Source: Octopus bimaculoides
Lineage: Eukaryota
Length of the DNA stretch: 64,000 nt
Direction: 5' to 3'
Assembly: GCF_001194135.2 (NCBI RefSeq)
Contig: NC_068984.1
Location: 71,016,816 to 71,080,815, forward strand
The notes beneath the pieces were generated by a model. The model had not been told where the DNA came from. It did no database searches and worked only from the letters and a program-made list of their open reading frames with translations. The position numbers were made by a program, and so were the translations under genes. The first letter of the stretch is position 1. Every line of letters begins with the position of its first letter. Shown here one piece after another: positions 62,291 through 64,000 of this stretch.

Positions 62291-64000
62291 GGGGAAAGAG
62301 TCAACTTTGAACAATATGTAGAATAAGAAAAGTGCACATCTATTAAATTTTAATATTTGAAAGATTTTTACAGGATTAACCCCTTTAAGTTTGATAGTAG
62401 ATTCTAGATTGGTTCTTGAGATATACATGATTTAAATAGTTTATTATGTGGCAATTAGAAAATAAGTTTGGGTGTTCTGAACAATTAACTACTAATGTTA
62501 AAGCAACTGCTATAGTTTTACCTATTACCACGTACGTATATATGTGATTACTTATCCGTCTATTTAACTAATTTCTCCTTTAAACACAACCACAATGTAT
62601 GTGTATGTCTGTGGTTCTCAAGTAAATTTGCATGTATATATGGGTGTCCATCAGTATTGCTTTGCAGTGAGTATTTGTATGTGTGTGCGTGTATGTTAGT
62701 GTATGTGTAAACGAATGAGATAAGATTAGGAGTAACAAATAATATGGCATTTATTGAAAGATGCAGTTTATATTAACATTTCGTTAATAGAAATATAATG
62801 AAAGCCACACACATACAAACACACGCAAACACATATGGATGCTCACGCACGTATATATGCGTACAGGTATCATTCAAAATTATTGACATATTTATTAATG
62901 ATAAAACTTTATACTGAGAGCGATGTAATAAACTTCGCAAATGTAGGTACAATGTCAGCAAGTCTCAAAAGTATTACATTTTTGAGTAAACAATATAACC
63001 TGTGAACTTTACATGAATGCGGCAATCGTCAAGCTCAGTACTTCAGAAAGCATGGGTGAAGCATTTATAAGCTTTAGCGGATGGTTGGCAATACATAAAA
63101 ATTTGAGGAAATAAAATTATCTTTCACTAAAGAGCCTAACGTATATGCACATAATACATCAATATGCATACACGTGTACATTTCAGCATGGAAAGACAAC
63201 TCTCGTAAGATGAAACTCTCTTTATCGAAAATATAGATGTAAACATATGACTAATCTTTCAATCTCGTCACAGGAGCAGTGAAGTCATTCATGTCTGTTA
63301 CGAAATTAGTTTCTCCCTAATCTATTTGTGCAGCGCATTGTCCCTCTATGTTCGAATGTACGCGGAGTACAAGGCAGTACATAAGACAGTGCATAACTAC
63401 GCTTCATTCAACACAGCTTAGTGCACCTCTTAATATAGATATATACATGTAGATAGGAAGTAATGTTAGAAGCCTAATTGACTGATCCAAGTTAATGTAT
63501 GTATGTATGTATGTATGTATCATAGGCGTGCGATCCATGGAAGCAAGGAAAGCAATGATTCCCTTAAGAATTATAGAAATGTTCTGTAAAATTAATATAA
63601 ACTCCATGACATCACAGGAATCAGACCTTTATTGTTGGAATTAGCATGAGACGACACCAAAAATCTGAGCAAGGGAAGCAACACAAGCTGTTGCATCCTT
63701 TTCTTTCTGATGTTTTAATATTTTTTCCGATAAAAATTCTACGAAGACAATTTTTTTTCTAGTAAGGGCTCATGATGAATAGTTTCAGATGCTAATAAGT
63801 ACTTAAATGCCTAAGTTTCTGTCAATTCGCAATACCTAAGATATATATATAATCTTACGTTGTTATGTAACACTTACAAACGAAAAAGAAGCAAGCTGAC
63901 ATTCTGCTTCCATCAGAAAAACGGTGAAAAGATAACGCGTGTAGTTTTCTGCATTTATTCAACTAATATTTTATACTTTTTCAAATTACAGAAAACCCTT

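Overview
AT-rich, gap-ridden eukaryotic draft-assembly DNA. It has about 15 N-gaps, most of them bordered by (TA)n, (CA)n or other simple repeats. The SINE families, LINE complement and microsatellite load point to a coleoid cephalopod, most likely Octopus; this is inference from recognised repeats, not a database match. No host gene can be identified with confidence, and there is no rRNA, true tRNA gene or CRISPR array. The window is mostly decayed mobile DNA. (1) Two nests of R4/Dong-clade (restriction-like endonuclease) non-LTR retrotransposon fragments at about 8-13.5 kb and 48.7-56.7 kb; all nine recognised fragments are on the minus strand and lie among trinucleotide microsatellites. (2) Two CR1-type LINE fragments. 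(3) A Penelope-like element remnant with RT and GIY-YIG. (4) A Tc1/mariner transposase with DD36E-type spacing. (5) I/Jockey- and RTE-like remnants. (6) Three or four SINE families, a MITE-like fold-back element, an unclassified ~540-bp (AAT)n-tailed repeat in three copies, and several minisatellites and palindromes. The most unusual directly visible feature is a 39-bp tandem array that repeats the RT catalytic YMDD loop at the 5' junction of a truncated Dong/R4 copy. Weak candidate host exons on the minus strand (35.3-41.8 kb chain, 21.2 kb, 15.5 kb) are reported at low confidence. Most element boundaries are approximate to within a few tens of bp.
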